A stretch of DNA of 64,000 bases from Epithemia pelagica (lineage: Eukaryota > Protista > Bacillariophyta), in the NCBI GenBank assembly GCA_946965045.2, contig OX337232.1, forward strand, positions 2,790,001 to 2,854,000, read 5' to 3'. The position numbers and the translations under genes were made by a program. This document shows, in pieces, positions 52,324-64,000 of this stretch. The notes under the pieces are model-generated. The model searched no databases, was not told where the DNA came from, and saw only the letters and a list, made by a program, of their open reading frames with translations. How positions within the stretch are numbered: position 1 is the first letter of the stretch; every line of letters begins with the position of its first letter.

Positions 52324-52609
52324 TGATTGTTCTGGTGAAAGGCAAACCGCAAGCCACAAATCGCTTGATGATGTTTCGGTCTGAAAGTCTTATTATGTAG
52401 GCACAACTTCAGTCATGTTGAGTTCTTGACATGCTCCACCTGCGTTTGGGCGACAGAGAAAGATGCCAAGCAAAACATAGCTTTAATAAGAGTGGCAATA
52501 GTTAACTACACCTCATAATATAGACACATGAACAAGGTCAGAGGTCTTGGAACTGCGAAGCAATAACGGTAACTCTCAATAGACAGGCTACATATCAAGC
52601 AACTGATCC

Positions 52610-55600
52610 TCATGTGAAGAGTGCTTTCATATCATCCACAGAAAGAGCTTTGAGCGACCCTGCATCACGTCCGACCGTACCATCAAACACGAGGCGCTTC
52701 TTTTCTTGGAGATGTAACACACGTTCTTCTACCGTGCCCTCACAAATGTACCGCGTGGCGCGAATGGGGCGGTACTGCCCCAGTCGATGAGTACGGTCAA
52801 TGGCTTGCATTTCCGCCGCAGGGTTCCACCAATTGTCGACCAAAAACACTTCGCTGGCGACCGTCAAGTTCAGTGCCACACCACCTGCCTTAAGCGACAT
52901 GAGAAGAACGCGGACATTGCTGTCCTCACGGAATTCTCGAATCGCCTGATCTCGACTCTTAATATCCATGCCTCCGTGAAGAATTCGGACACCCAATCCC
53001 ATATGGTTGAGACACGGGTCACTGTGCAATCGCCATCGAATGAGATCCAACATGTTGACAAACTGTGAAAACACAAGGGCTTTGCTACCGGGGCGTTTCT
53101 GTCGCATTTGAATCAAATCTTGAACAAAGACTTCAATTTTGGATGATGTCGCAAACTCGGCCAGATTAATTCGTCTCAAGATCGATCCGGACTGAACGTG
53201 TGACAAAGTCTTTAGCGCCGGTACTGTGGAAGAGTCGATCGATACGGCTGGTGTAGTCACGTCCTGACAAACAGGCTTTTGATTCAAATCAATGGCGAAC
53301 GGTCTGGCACAACTAGGACACGGTGTGCTTTCGCCTCCAGCAGCACCAATGTATTCCTCCACACAACTTTGACAAAAAGCAGACTGACAACAGGAACTCA
53401 CTATTCGATTCATGGGTGGTTCATGGCAGATATCACAATCAATCGAACCATTTGCAACCGCAGGACCAGGCGGTGCCAATCCCTTGATCTTTGCATTCTT
53501 GCTATAAACAATCAAATATGGGTGATCCACGGCTTGTCGCATTTTGGTGAGAAGATCCTGTGACAAACGAGAAATATGAGTTGCGTTTCAACATTCAGGA
53601 AAGACGAGGTGGCATCAACTTACAAAGATGTGAGCGTAGTTGTTAAGAAGAGTACCCTCTGCCACGTAGTCGTCGAAGCTCGCCCTCGTTTGCGTATAAA
53701 GAGAATTGTAAAAGTCCTCCTCAATCGGATGAAGTCGTAGCTTTCGGATTGAAACGATTCGAGGCGGTAAATTCATATCCTCCGCTCTGGTTTCTTTCGT
53801 GCGTCGTAAAAGACACTTATCCAGGACTTCATTCTTAAGCTTGAACATGGCTTGTCTCCCATCGCCGGAGTAGCCTTCGCGCTGAATCACATTGAGAATG
53901 TATCTATTAAAATGTGAATAATGCGAGAAGGCTCGGTGACCACAATCCTAAACGGAATACAAAGGAATACATAGAGATATGAGAGGAAGTCGGATCATCA
54001 TGTCGTGATAAGACAGCGCGAAAGCGATCTTACCTTGCATATTCCCTCTTTCATGCGATAGTGAACACTCTTACAATCGCAGCCTTTCATCCGGCAGAAG
54101 TAGTGGGCCATTGGATCGATCCGAAGAAAGCGAATCAGACTGTATAATTCTCCCACACGATTCTGAAGCGGAGTACCACTGCAGCACCACCGATGAACCG
54201 CCGTCAGCGAGAAGGCAGCTGCTGCGGTTTGACTGGATCTCGTTTTGATAAAGTGTGCCTACGAGAAGTGCGAATTAGAAGGTAGTCGATATCAGGAGTC
54301 TGAGATCAATGGTCAACTCACCTCATCAAGTACAACCCTCCACCAACAGAATGAATGCAAAACACTGAACTGAGCTCCTGACATGGCTTCCTCGGCTGGA
54401 AACAGGGGTGAGAGAACGTCTCTGAAACAACTTTGATATATCACAGCTCATTCGTACCTAGTTCGTTCATATCAATGCCATCAAGCGGGTCATCATCTTC
54501 ACCACTGTTATCACTATCATCGTCATCACTATCACTTGGCTTCTTTCCTTTTCCTTTCCCCTTCGTTTTCTTTTTTTGAGGTTTACCTCCCTTGCCCTTA
54601 CCCTTACCCTTCTTCGCCAATTTTGTTTTCGCCAGTGCCTTTCTTTGCTTCTCTGTGGCTCTCTGAACAGGATCATCTGAAGGAGGCGTCAGAGCATACT
54701 TCAAGTACCACAGGAAACACGGAATCTCAACTTGCACATACCTATTTCATCAGTTTCAGTACCATCATCATCACTATCAGCTGTATCACTTTGTATCTTT
54801 CCTTTTGCCTTTCCTTTCTTTTTCCCGCCTTTGGTCTTTTGCTTGCCCTTGGTCTTAGCAAGTGCCTTTCTTTGCTTTTCTTTGGCTCTTTCAACAGGAT
54901 CATCGCGTCCTTTCGTTTTGCCACTGGCGACACTCTTCTTCGTCGCTTTCGTGGGCTTGATTGTCCTTGTAAGGGAGGCCAGTGGAACTTCATCTTCACT
55001 CTCATCTGAGGATTCTGTTCCTGAACGAGATGACTCTTCATCATTATCGTCTCCACCACCATAACTGCTGTCATCGTCGCTCTCTTCTGTACGTCTTTTG
55101 CCACGCTCGTTGGATCCCCATTCCTTCACCGAGGCGGTTACTTTTGATGATGCTTTCTTCGCCGCTCTTCGAGAGGGTCTCTCTCCGCTGGAAGCCAAAT
55201 CAGTCGTTTCATCAATAGATAAGTCCGATTCAGAATCATTAAGTACCAATTTCTTTCGCTTCTTTGTATCAGTTTTGGCCACGGTCTTGGTGTCACCCTT
55301 TTTGGACTTTGTGCTTTTGCTATTTTTACCACCTGACGTACGCATGACTCGAGGGCCAGAAGGAGCTCTTTGTTCCGACGCCCTTCGCTGTCTTGCTTGA
55401 GCTTCTGTCCGTTGAGCCCCTTCCCCACAGAAATACTTGAGATGAACACGAAGCTTGTCAATCTTGAATTTGCCACCACAGTTGGGACAAGTCACTGAAT
55501 GAAAACAAATGTGAGGAGGGGCCAGAATAAAACAAATGAGTGCATTCGACTTTCTGTCGTACCTTTATTGGGGGAGATCATCTTTCGAAAGTCTTGCTCC

Positions 55601-57326
55601 AAGCACTGATAGGTCGTCAACACAACGTCATATTTACGCATAATTTCGGGCGTCATACTGGACCGATTTGGTCCATGATAAACACCGACGGTAAAGGTGG
55701 ATTCCTCTGTAAACTTTTCAATTTCCGATTTCCACTGAAGTAGAGCAATAACAGGACAAACGACAAGTGTTCCGGCTCTTCCGCCTGGAATGTTTTTCTT
55801 ACGTGGGAGCATTTTCTTGGGTATCTCATTCATTTTCATTTCGTGCTGCCATTCTTCCAGGGCTTGCTTCCACAGGGACTGTTCTCTCACGCGAGCTTCA
55901 AAGTCATGGGCATCCGGGGCGTGCTTGGATCCAACAGGACAATGCTGTAGAAGCGGCCGATTATCGCACATGGTTGCAATCGTTTGAACCGTTTTGCCCT
56001 GAAACAGAATATTAGTGCACTAGCTCCGAAAAATTTCAACGACGCATCTTTTCTACTTACCATTCCCATTTCATCGGCTAGCATGCCTCCGCGGCAAGCC
56101 CCCTCCTCTCCCGCTGCATCATTTACTTCTTGGTGTCGCATCCAGGAGAATCCCTCTACTTGAAAGGGCAAAAGATTCGCCGTCAAACCAGGTGGAGTAG
56201 GTCTCATTTCTCCCGAAAACGATGTTTGTACCAATTCATCGGGTTGGAGTTCCTTCTCTTCATCTTCTCGTTCCAGGGCAGCTTCTGCCACGCGGTCTTT
56301 GAGCTTTTGCAGATCGGCAGCCTTTAAGCGCTGCCAACCACGCACATCTCGTGCCCTTTGGATCGAATCGTCAAAGGGGGCGCACTGTAAATGGCGATAG
56401 ACAATAAAGCCTCGTTGTCCTCGAAACAGGGGACGATGACTCACACGAATATCACCCTTGAGAATGGTATTATCACACCGACGACAGACCGCCCGACCCG
56501 TGGGGGAATATTCGACAACAAACGGAAAATCGTCCGAATCGGAATCCTCGCTCTCTTGGTTATTTTGGGACTCTTGTTCGTTGGGTAATGCAACCGGTTG
56601 AACTTGTGGCTGTTCCTGAGCGGGCTGAACGGCAGTTCGCCCGATAGATCCTCGGCGAGTCGGTTCGCCCACATCCTCCTCATCCTCTGAACTAACTTGT
56701 CTTTTGGATACTTCCACTTTGCCTTTCTTGGAAGATGTGGGGCTCTGTTCCAGGCGTCGTTTGGAGGAACCCTGTGGCTTTGCTGAAAAAGCTTCATCGG
56801 AGGCGGTTTCTTCTTCTTGGAGTGGATGCGGAGAGGGAGTGACGGTAGAGCATTCTCGGCAAAAGTCGTTCATGATCATATCGTCCACAATCGCCGACCT
56901 GTCCTTCTTAGACAAAGTTGGTTTGACCTTTTTGGGATTTTTTGCCGAGGCGGATGCTGAATCCTTTCCATTCCTTGAAGAAGAGGACGAAGCGCCGCGC
57001 GACGATCGCCGCTTTCGTTGTCCTCCCAAAGCCTCGTTCTTCTTCTTCTCGTCGTCGTCAACCAACGCGCGAAGCTTTTCCGGATCACAAACTTCTCGAA
57101 TCTTGGACACATGAAACTTTACAAGAACACCATCGTTGCGAGCTTCCTTGTTTGTTGTTTCGTCGGCCGTTCTCGAAGAATCCTCGCTCTCATCACTGTC
57201 CGGGGTCCAGGACACATTGGTTTCCAATACCGTGGCCGGTTCTTCATGTACATTTCCAGTCAACACCCAGACCACATCGCCCGTCGAAAACGAAGTTTCT
57301 TCCTGTTCTGCTCTGGTTGCTGCCAT
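52610..57326 (-). CDS. RAD16: RAD16/RAD5-like SNF2 helicase with RING finger and N-terminal PARP-type zinc finger, 8 exons, ~1414 aa
   Basis: Exons 57326-56061, 55998-55563, 55494-54742, 54676-54458, 54395-54322, 54258-54034, 53947-53624 and 53557-52610 total 4245 nt in frame. Motifs LADEMGMGKT, VVLDEAH, SGTPLQN, LLRRTK, RING CDIC..CQSC..CPSC, SLKAGGVALNL and QAIDRTHRLGQ. zf-PARP VEYSPTGRAVCRRC..RHLQC. Confidence 0.92.
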
Positions 57327-57531
57327 GGTGGTGGAGTCCCCCGCCGCACCGCGGCTGATTCAATGATGAACTTGATTCCGAGAGAAAAATGTGTGTTTGT
57401 GTGCGGTGGTCGATCCCCGATGGGGGAACAACGAAGAAATGTGCCCTTTGATTCACTGACCACGACCAATGACAAAGGCGCTACGCAGGCTATGAGCTAT
57501 GAGCGGTAACGATGGTGGAGTCTCCTCCTCT

Positions 57532-57879
57532 CTAGTAATAAAACCTACCGGTGAAACCATAAGATATCTGTTTTAGGGAATGATTTGTCAAACTGACAAG
57601 GGCTAGGTTAGGACTGTGCAAGACCAGAGTGGAGAAAAGAGGGAGCATTTGTTCCACGGCGGGTGTCATTTCGAATGCCACCTCCACTACACCAGTAGTA
57701 TAGAGAGGGTGGATGCAAACCACGGCGGCGGCAAGGCCCTTGTATCGTATTACATAGGCGGACCATAACCATACTGCCACTGGGGTGATGAGGAAGATGA
57801 GGAAATTGGGTGGTGGTGGTTGTTCGGTGGACCCATTCTGTGTTTTATTAACACAAGGCTGGAACAACCAAAGGACCAA
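57532..57879 (-). CDS. Possible small membrane protein or 3' exon
   Basis: 115-aa hydrophobic ORF with no recognised domain. Confidence 0.3.
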   Translation of the reverse strand: MVLWLFQPCVNKTQNGSTEQPPPPNFLIFLITPVAVWLWSAYVIRYKGLAAAVVCIHPLYTTGVVEVAFEMTPAVEQMLPLFSTLVLHSPNLALVSLTNHSLKQISYGFTGRFYY

Positions 57880-57947
57880 ATGGTGGAGGGGAAAACGAAA
57901 CCAACTGCTGGTTCTATCCGTAATACCTGGTATCTCTGGTGTTCTCT

Positions 57948-60227
57948 CTATCGGCGTTCGAGAAAGACTTGATAGCGTTTTTTGGGTTTGGGGTGTGTTG
58001 GTGGTGACTCTTCTTCGTTGTGGGTATGATTTGTGGTATTGGTTGGCCGTGTTTCACCGTGTCCCTTCTTGTGGTGGTTCCTGGTCCGTGCCCAAGACTC
58101 TGCGATCCTCTGATACCGTCTCTTGGGTTTCTTGTTTGAAGAACGAGCGCTGCGGATAGTTTCCGTTGGTGTTGGTTCATTCCATGTCGAATGGATTCTA
58201 GGGCTGGTTCGGTTGACGTCGTTGACCCCTGTTTGTGGCTTCCAAATCGCGCAATAATACTCTGGAGGAGGAGGAGTATCAACATCCATCCAATCACCAT
58301 ACTCTTCTCCATATACAGCCTTCCAACGACTTTGAGTATGGTTCCTGCAAAACCACCAGTGTGGCATATTGTCTACCGAACGATCGTATACCGAGTCGTC
58401 ATGCACCAATGCCAATCCTCCTCGAAAGACCTTGCAATCATGGTTGTACTGTTCCATGCCCATGAGAATATGCGTTTGCCAGATCAAGGCAATCTGGTAC
58501 GTGGGAATCAAGGGTCGACGAGAACGGAATGCCTGGTAGGGTGACGACGAATCTGGAATGGAACTCAGAGCGACAAATTTCGTGTACTGCGAAACACCGT
58601 CTCGTAAAAAAGTCTAATGTCGAAACACGGGCTTTGCAATGTACCATAAAAAGTTGCGGTGCCGTTTGGTGCAGGCTACCAAATCGTCGATTGTCAATGA
58701 CCCGCTGCAAGTGTCCTTGGAGAATGAGTTGACATCCTCACTGGTATGGACAGTTTTTGGAGATTCGACAAAGTCAAAGGGTGCCTCACAATCAAGGATC
58801 CGGCCAAACCGTTTGTGACAATACGCTTGGTAGCGGTCTGGTGCCAGTCGATGACAATGCCACAACCAAGCAATATCGGGTGGAGGAATCAAAGGTTTAT
58901 TGGATCGGTCCTTCTGGTCGACCAAAGGAAGCCAGTAATTGAGATAGCGATCCAAGGCATGATCCGAAAGGTCTTGCAGTGTAACGCCAGTGGTATGAAG
59001 ACGCTGCAAAAAGTCAATGTATTTCAAAGCGTTGTGGACCAAGTCGGATTCCAGCCAGGGAGGAGACGAACCAGCCATGATTCGAATCCGAGCCGCGTTG
59101 TCCATATCCACACTGTTCTCAAGGTCGTTAGAGCATGCAACGTTTTGCTCGTCTCGTGAGTCATGGACTGTTGTCCCAGGGCAAGGTTTGTCGTGGTGGT
59201 GGTGATTGGTAAGGTTCCTGGACCGTGCACGGCGCCGCGGCATCCAGGAGCAACGATAATAGTCGGCCGGGGGAGACCTCCGCTCCATGTCTTGGTCTAC
59301 CCCATAGTCTTCGCCATAGATGGCCATCCAATGGCGTCGCGTGTCGTGGACAGACTTTGACCAGTGAGATTTGCTAGTGGCGCAACGATCGTAAACCAAA
59401 TCGTCCGGAACCGTTTGGTTGGATGCGCCTCGTTGAAGGATGCCGCAAGCACGATTGTATTGTGCAATCCCAATCAACATGTGCGTGTTCCAAATCAAGA
59501 GAATTGGATACGTGGGGACCAGAGGTGATTGGATGCTGGAACTCATGGCCACAAACTTTTTGTACTGCAAAACGGCATCTCGTACAACGTCCGTCTCCTT
59601 GTCCGGATCAATGGCTTGTCGAATGTGCCATAAAAAGTCCCGGTGTCGCCTTGTCGCAGTGATCAACTCGTTTGATTCCAAGGGGTATCTCGAAGCCTCG
59701 TCGACAGACCATGAGGTGTTGTCCGTGACGCTACTGTTGGAGGCGAAAAAGGGTTCGTAGGGATAGGTATTCCACCAAAAATCCCGCGCCAGATTGTTGT
59801 GCACTGTTTCTTGGACAACAAAATCAAAGGGCGCCTGGCATTCCAGAATGCGTCCAAATTGAGTTTGACAATAGGCCTCGTAACGGTGCAGGGCCAATCG
59901 ATGACAATGCCACAACCAGGCAATGTCTGCGGGAGGAATCAGGACTTGATCGGATGGATACTTGGCAACCAAGGGAAGCCAGTAATTGAGATACCGGCAC
60001 ATGGTGTGATGCGTAGGGTCCTGGAGTGTCACACCAGACGCATGCAGACGGTGCAAAAAGCCAATGTAGTTCAAGGTATGGGTGACCAACTCCGACTCGA
60101 TCCAGGGAGGAGACCATTCCGCGACAATTCGAACCCTGGCCGCTTTGTCCATGTCAACATTGCTCGGAAGAGGGTTGTCCATGGTTTCGTTTTCAAATCG
60201 ATTGTTGTTCAGGGTTGTTTTCGTCAT
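57948..60227 (-). CDS. GRDP/DUF1399-like protein made of two tandem units; the second unit is interrupted by an in-frame TAG at 58614-58616
   Basis: PP.DIAWLWHCHRL...RY..YC occurs twice and LVPTYPILLIWNTHML / LIPTYQIALIWQTHIL twice. ORFs 58614..60227 and 57948..58511 are in the same frame. Confidence 0.8.
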
Positions 60228-60840
60228 TGTCTTGTGCTATACATTGAGAGTTTGGGTTGTGTGGTTCGTATGGTCGGCGGTCTAAGGGTTCGCGTTTGGA
60301 AAGGAAATGAGAACCACCATGACACGGTGGACAGAATGGCTGGATGTCGTCGCGTTTCTCGCAGCATGAATATTCTGCCATTGAAAGCAAGACGAAAACC
60401 AAAATCCATTTCATCATTCATGCAGCATGAACTTGTTGTATCGTGCAGTCTCCAGCTTGTTTCGTCCAGTTGGCCATGGGGCTTGCCCTTTTGTGTTTGA
60501 TGAGTAGTGTAGTATTCGATGGATCGTAGGGTGTTCCACATCGCCCGACTCGTACACGCATGCCCAGCACACAGGGCGATCTGCGATTGCAGAGACAATG
60601 ATGAGGTGGTTTGATTCTGGATGGAAACAACGAGCCATGGACCAAGAATTGTTTGGGTTCTGTCCTCTGGTTGGCGTGGATTGTCGCGACATGCGGCGGT
60701 TCTCACAGAGAGAGAGAGATGCCCTCCGGCGTCCCGAACGAAAAACACTGGAACCAAAAAGAATAGTTTCTCATGCGGCCAGAATGTCAACTCTTCCCGT
60801 CTTGCAATCTTTGCGATAGACGCTGTCGTTTCCGCCTTTT

Positions 60841-60954
60841 CTAGTAGTACAAGGGCAACTCGATTGTTTCAATGGTGGCAATCGGTGTGGGCACCCACCA
60901 CCCATTGCTGTTGATGCCACCCAGGACCATGAGATGCATCGTCGTCGTCTTCTT

Positions 60955-60995
<41 letters not shown>

Positions 60996-62088
60996 GGTTG
61001 TTACTGGTGTGGGTTTTCCAGGACACGAGGGAACCATAGGATCTGGGAATGCTGCAACGAGAAGGAGGAATGTTGCCACCAAGCACAAGACCGTGTTGGT
61101 GCTCCAAATCCACCACGAGGCAATCATCCAGGGTCCGACCCGGGTCCGTTTGACCACCCACCAGCACGAGAAAGTGATCCACAACACTGGCGGCAAAGGC
61201 ATGTCGACCCATGGGAAGCGACAATTGGTGTAAAAGAGTCCACCCCGACGACGAAAAGGTGAGGGACGCCGAATCTGACGTAGTTGGATCGTTGTTGTGG
61301 TTGTTGTTGGAATGAAACGATAGCACTTCCATTGAACTGAGGCAACCCTGTGTATCATTCAATCCTCCCACGGCCCAAATGGAATCCTTCCACACCACGG
61401 CTCCCAATTGCGTTCGTGGAGTGGTCATGGAGGGTCCTTGGGACACTTTCACCAAAACACTGGTTGTGTCGTTCTTGTTCTTGTTGCAGGTGGTTGGTTG
61501 GGTGTCAACGATATCGACCGAGCCTGTTGTCTCCATGGCGTCATGATTGTAGCCTCCCAGGACAATCAGATATCGATTGTAGAGGGCCACGGCCGAGGCT
61601 CCAAAGCGTGGACCCGTGAGCCGTGTTGCCAACAGTTGCCACGACGATGAACCAGGAGTTGAAGGAGGAGCTGATTGCCGACAGGATTCGTGCTGGCAAA
61701 CACGGAGTGCGGAAAGGGGAATTCGTTCCATGGTATCATTGCGAATGCCACCTCCAATGGCATAGAGAAAGTCGTGGCACACGACGGCGGCCCGACACCA
61801 TCGTGCTTGGATCATGGGAGGACCATATTGCCACTGCGGGCGGCGGCGTTGGGGGGATACTGATACTGATGACGACGACGGATCCAACCTTAAGAGGAGA
61901 ACCGAATGAGTGGGAGACGATCCCAGATTCCACCACCAACCACTGGTTCGTCTTCCACCCAGCACCACCACGACACGGTCGTTGTCGTTGTTGGAATCCG
62001 TCGTCAAGACGACGGAAGCATGCGAGTGACGTCCACCATCGGGCAACAACGCAGAAACCATTTCACCAGTAGTAGACCACCGAGACAT
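60841..62088 (-). CDS. Kelch-repeat beta-propeller protein
   Basis: Repeated R..[AH]..V....LY.IGG / LIVLGG / IWAVGG / LVLVGG units with conserved W and P. Confidence 0.88.
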
Positions 62089-62577
62089 TCTCCTGTGGCC
62101 GCAGTCTCCTCTGCTGTCGTCGTTAGTCGTCCATTGCGGATCTGAGATCCACCATCATCATCATTGCGGTTTGGGATCCAAAGCAAGACTCGAGGTCGTC
62201 ACGGATGGGTGAGGCCGACGCTTGTTTTGGTCGTGATACCGGTTCGTCCTTTGTAGGGCGGACTTCCGATCCCGCAACCCGCATCCGCAGGGTGCGGGTC
62301 GAGCTTTCTCCATCCTTTTACACGCAACAAATCGTGCAAGACGCCACAAAGACAATCCATTGTCGCTACGGTACTGTGCATTTCTTTTGACCAGCAGCGA
62401 GACACAAAAAGGGTTGAGACGACACTACAAGAAGCATATCAGAGACGCGCAAGAGAAACGCGGACGGACGAGGTGAACTATTGGAGATTCTCCCAGTCCA
62501 CCAATACGGATAGGAAGCAGTCAACGACAGTCGCACAATTCTAAAAAGGCACAGTTCCAGAACAGCCGCAAGAGAGC

Positions 62578-63495
62578 ATGAATTCGATTCGCGGTATGGC
62601 CTCGGCCGTACGCCAACGGGTCTTTCGACGATCGGTCCGACACCAAACGAGAACCATGGATCCCGTCGTTCGAACGGCCTTGGCGGAAGACCTTGCCGAG
62701 GACGACACACGGTTGGAAGCCGAACTGGAACAAGTGGAACACGAATTGGAACAGGCCAAACGAACCTTGGAACAGGCCCAAGAAAAGGAAACCTTTTTAG
62801 GACAACGATCCCGACAATACCGAGTTGCCTTGGATGAACGAGCTCGGCAATTACGAAACGAACAAGCCGAACTAGATCGGGCACTGCAACAACAACAACA
62901 ACAACACGACAATGACAACGAGAATGGTGATGATAATGATGAAGAACATGCTCAATTGCGAGAACGATCCATTGAGTTGGAACAACGAACGGCCCAATGG
63001 GAACGGGACGAAACTGCCTTGGCCAGTGTGATCCAGACACACAAGAGTATCTTGGCCGACTGCGAACGGATGCGACGAAAAATCCACGAATTGGAAGACA
63101 AACGACGACGCTGTCGTTCCATGGCGGTGGAAGTGGACGATTTCTTGACCACGGCCGCGACCACGACCACGACCACGACGGTAGGTCCAACGCCAGAGGA
63201 TGACGACAATGACGACAACAATGACGCCAGGCCAACCACGGAAACGGAATTGTGTCACTTGGTATCCACCACCTCGTTGGCATCAGCCAGTACGAGAACC
63301 ATGGATCGTGGCAGCAGTAGCAGTCCTCCCCAACCGCATGACGCTGAGGCAACACCACCAACAAGAGATGTGGAAGAGGCCCCTCGTATGCGTGATAATC
63401 GGATTGCAGGCCCCATAACCACTGTCCAAACGACGACTGGTGCTACTGGCTTGGAGGAAGAATGTCAAGCAATGGTGCCACCCGAAGTAGCGTAG
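62578..63495 (+). CDS. Coiled-coil hypothetical protein
   Basis: 305-aa ORF with long E/Q/R heptad-rich helices and a disordered tail. Confidence 0.7.
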   Translation: MNSIRGMASAVRQRVFRRSVRHQTRTMDPVVRTALAEDLAEDDTRLEAELEQVEHELEQAKRTLEQAQEKETFLGQRSRQYRVALDERARQLRNEQAELDRALQQQQQQHDNDNENGDDNDEEHAQLRERSIELEQRTAQWERDETALASVIQTHKSILADCERMRRKIHELEDKRRRCRSMAVEVDDFLTTAATTTTTTTVGPTPEDDDNDDNNDARPTTETELCHLVSTTSLASASTRTMDRGSSSSPPQPHDAEATPPTRDVEEAPRMRDNRIAGPITTVQTTTGATGLEEECQAMVPPEVA

Positions 63496-64000
63496 CGCTT
63501 GTAATACTAATCCAAAGGCAATGGCCAACTTGGAGTAGCTCGTCAAGTAAACAAGCAAGCTACCTGGGATGGCGTGGAAGACAAGACAAAGCCGTTTTTG
63601 TCTCAAAACAAATCCTCCTCGAGTCTGCCGAGGTTTTCACAAGGTCGTTGCATAGTACTTCTATACGAATAGTGTGCTCTAAACTTGATACGGACAGCAC
63701 ACTTGCGAGAAAACCTCCCTACCCGTACCACATAGACTAGCTACACAAGAAAGAGTCTTGACTACTCCTACATAGGTAAGCATCTGGTAACAGCACCGAG
63801 ACATTTTTGTGGAGCCGAGAGCCGTTTTTTCAAAAAACAACTTATTGTCCAGCCTTGCAGACTGAAGCGTTACCAAAGTATCATTGTTGAACAAGAATGC
63901 TACGTTCAAGAGGCCTTGGGTCTTGGGTTGTTTGTCGTTTGTCTCGAGTCTCGATGGGAATCGAAGCGAGAGACACGAATCGGCCTCCATCCCAAAAATG

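Noticed and set aside
63679-64000. Minus-strand 103-aa ORF at the window edge.
   Set aside because: No recognisable features, and the context is truncated by the window.

Overview
Eukaryotic genomic DNA, most likely a pennate diatom. The evidence is short GT-AG introns (mostly 60-100 nt), ASAFAP-like bipartite plastid presequences, a diatom-type front-end desaturase, and Helitron and CRE-clade elements. Host genes include an ICME-like alpha/beta hydrolase, HisRS, an Asp/Asn beta-hydroxylase, a DNMT3-like protein with degenerate catalytic motifs, a UIM-NZF-amidoligase-C2H2 fusion head-to-head with SNF8/VPS22, a frameshifted Delta6-like desaturase, a plastid-targeted tandem-repeat protein, a plastid-targeted cupin, an 8-exon RAD16-like SNF2 helicase, a duplicated GRDP-like gene and a kelch protein. 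Two TE zones interrupt them. One is a pair of non-autonomous TIR elements at 6.2-8.4 kb. The other is a ~20 kb block at 27.2-47.2 kb holding a disabled Helitron RepHel, several neighbouring orphan or ubiquitin-like genes, and an apparently intact two-ORF CRE-clade non-LTR retrotransposon. The strongest leads are a candidate pyrenoid/Rubisco-linker-like repeat protein, a ubiquitin-binding amidoligase and a catalytically dead DNMT3-like protein. All family assignments come from motif recognition by eye; no searches were run.
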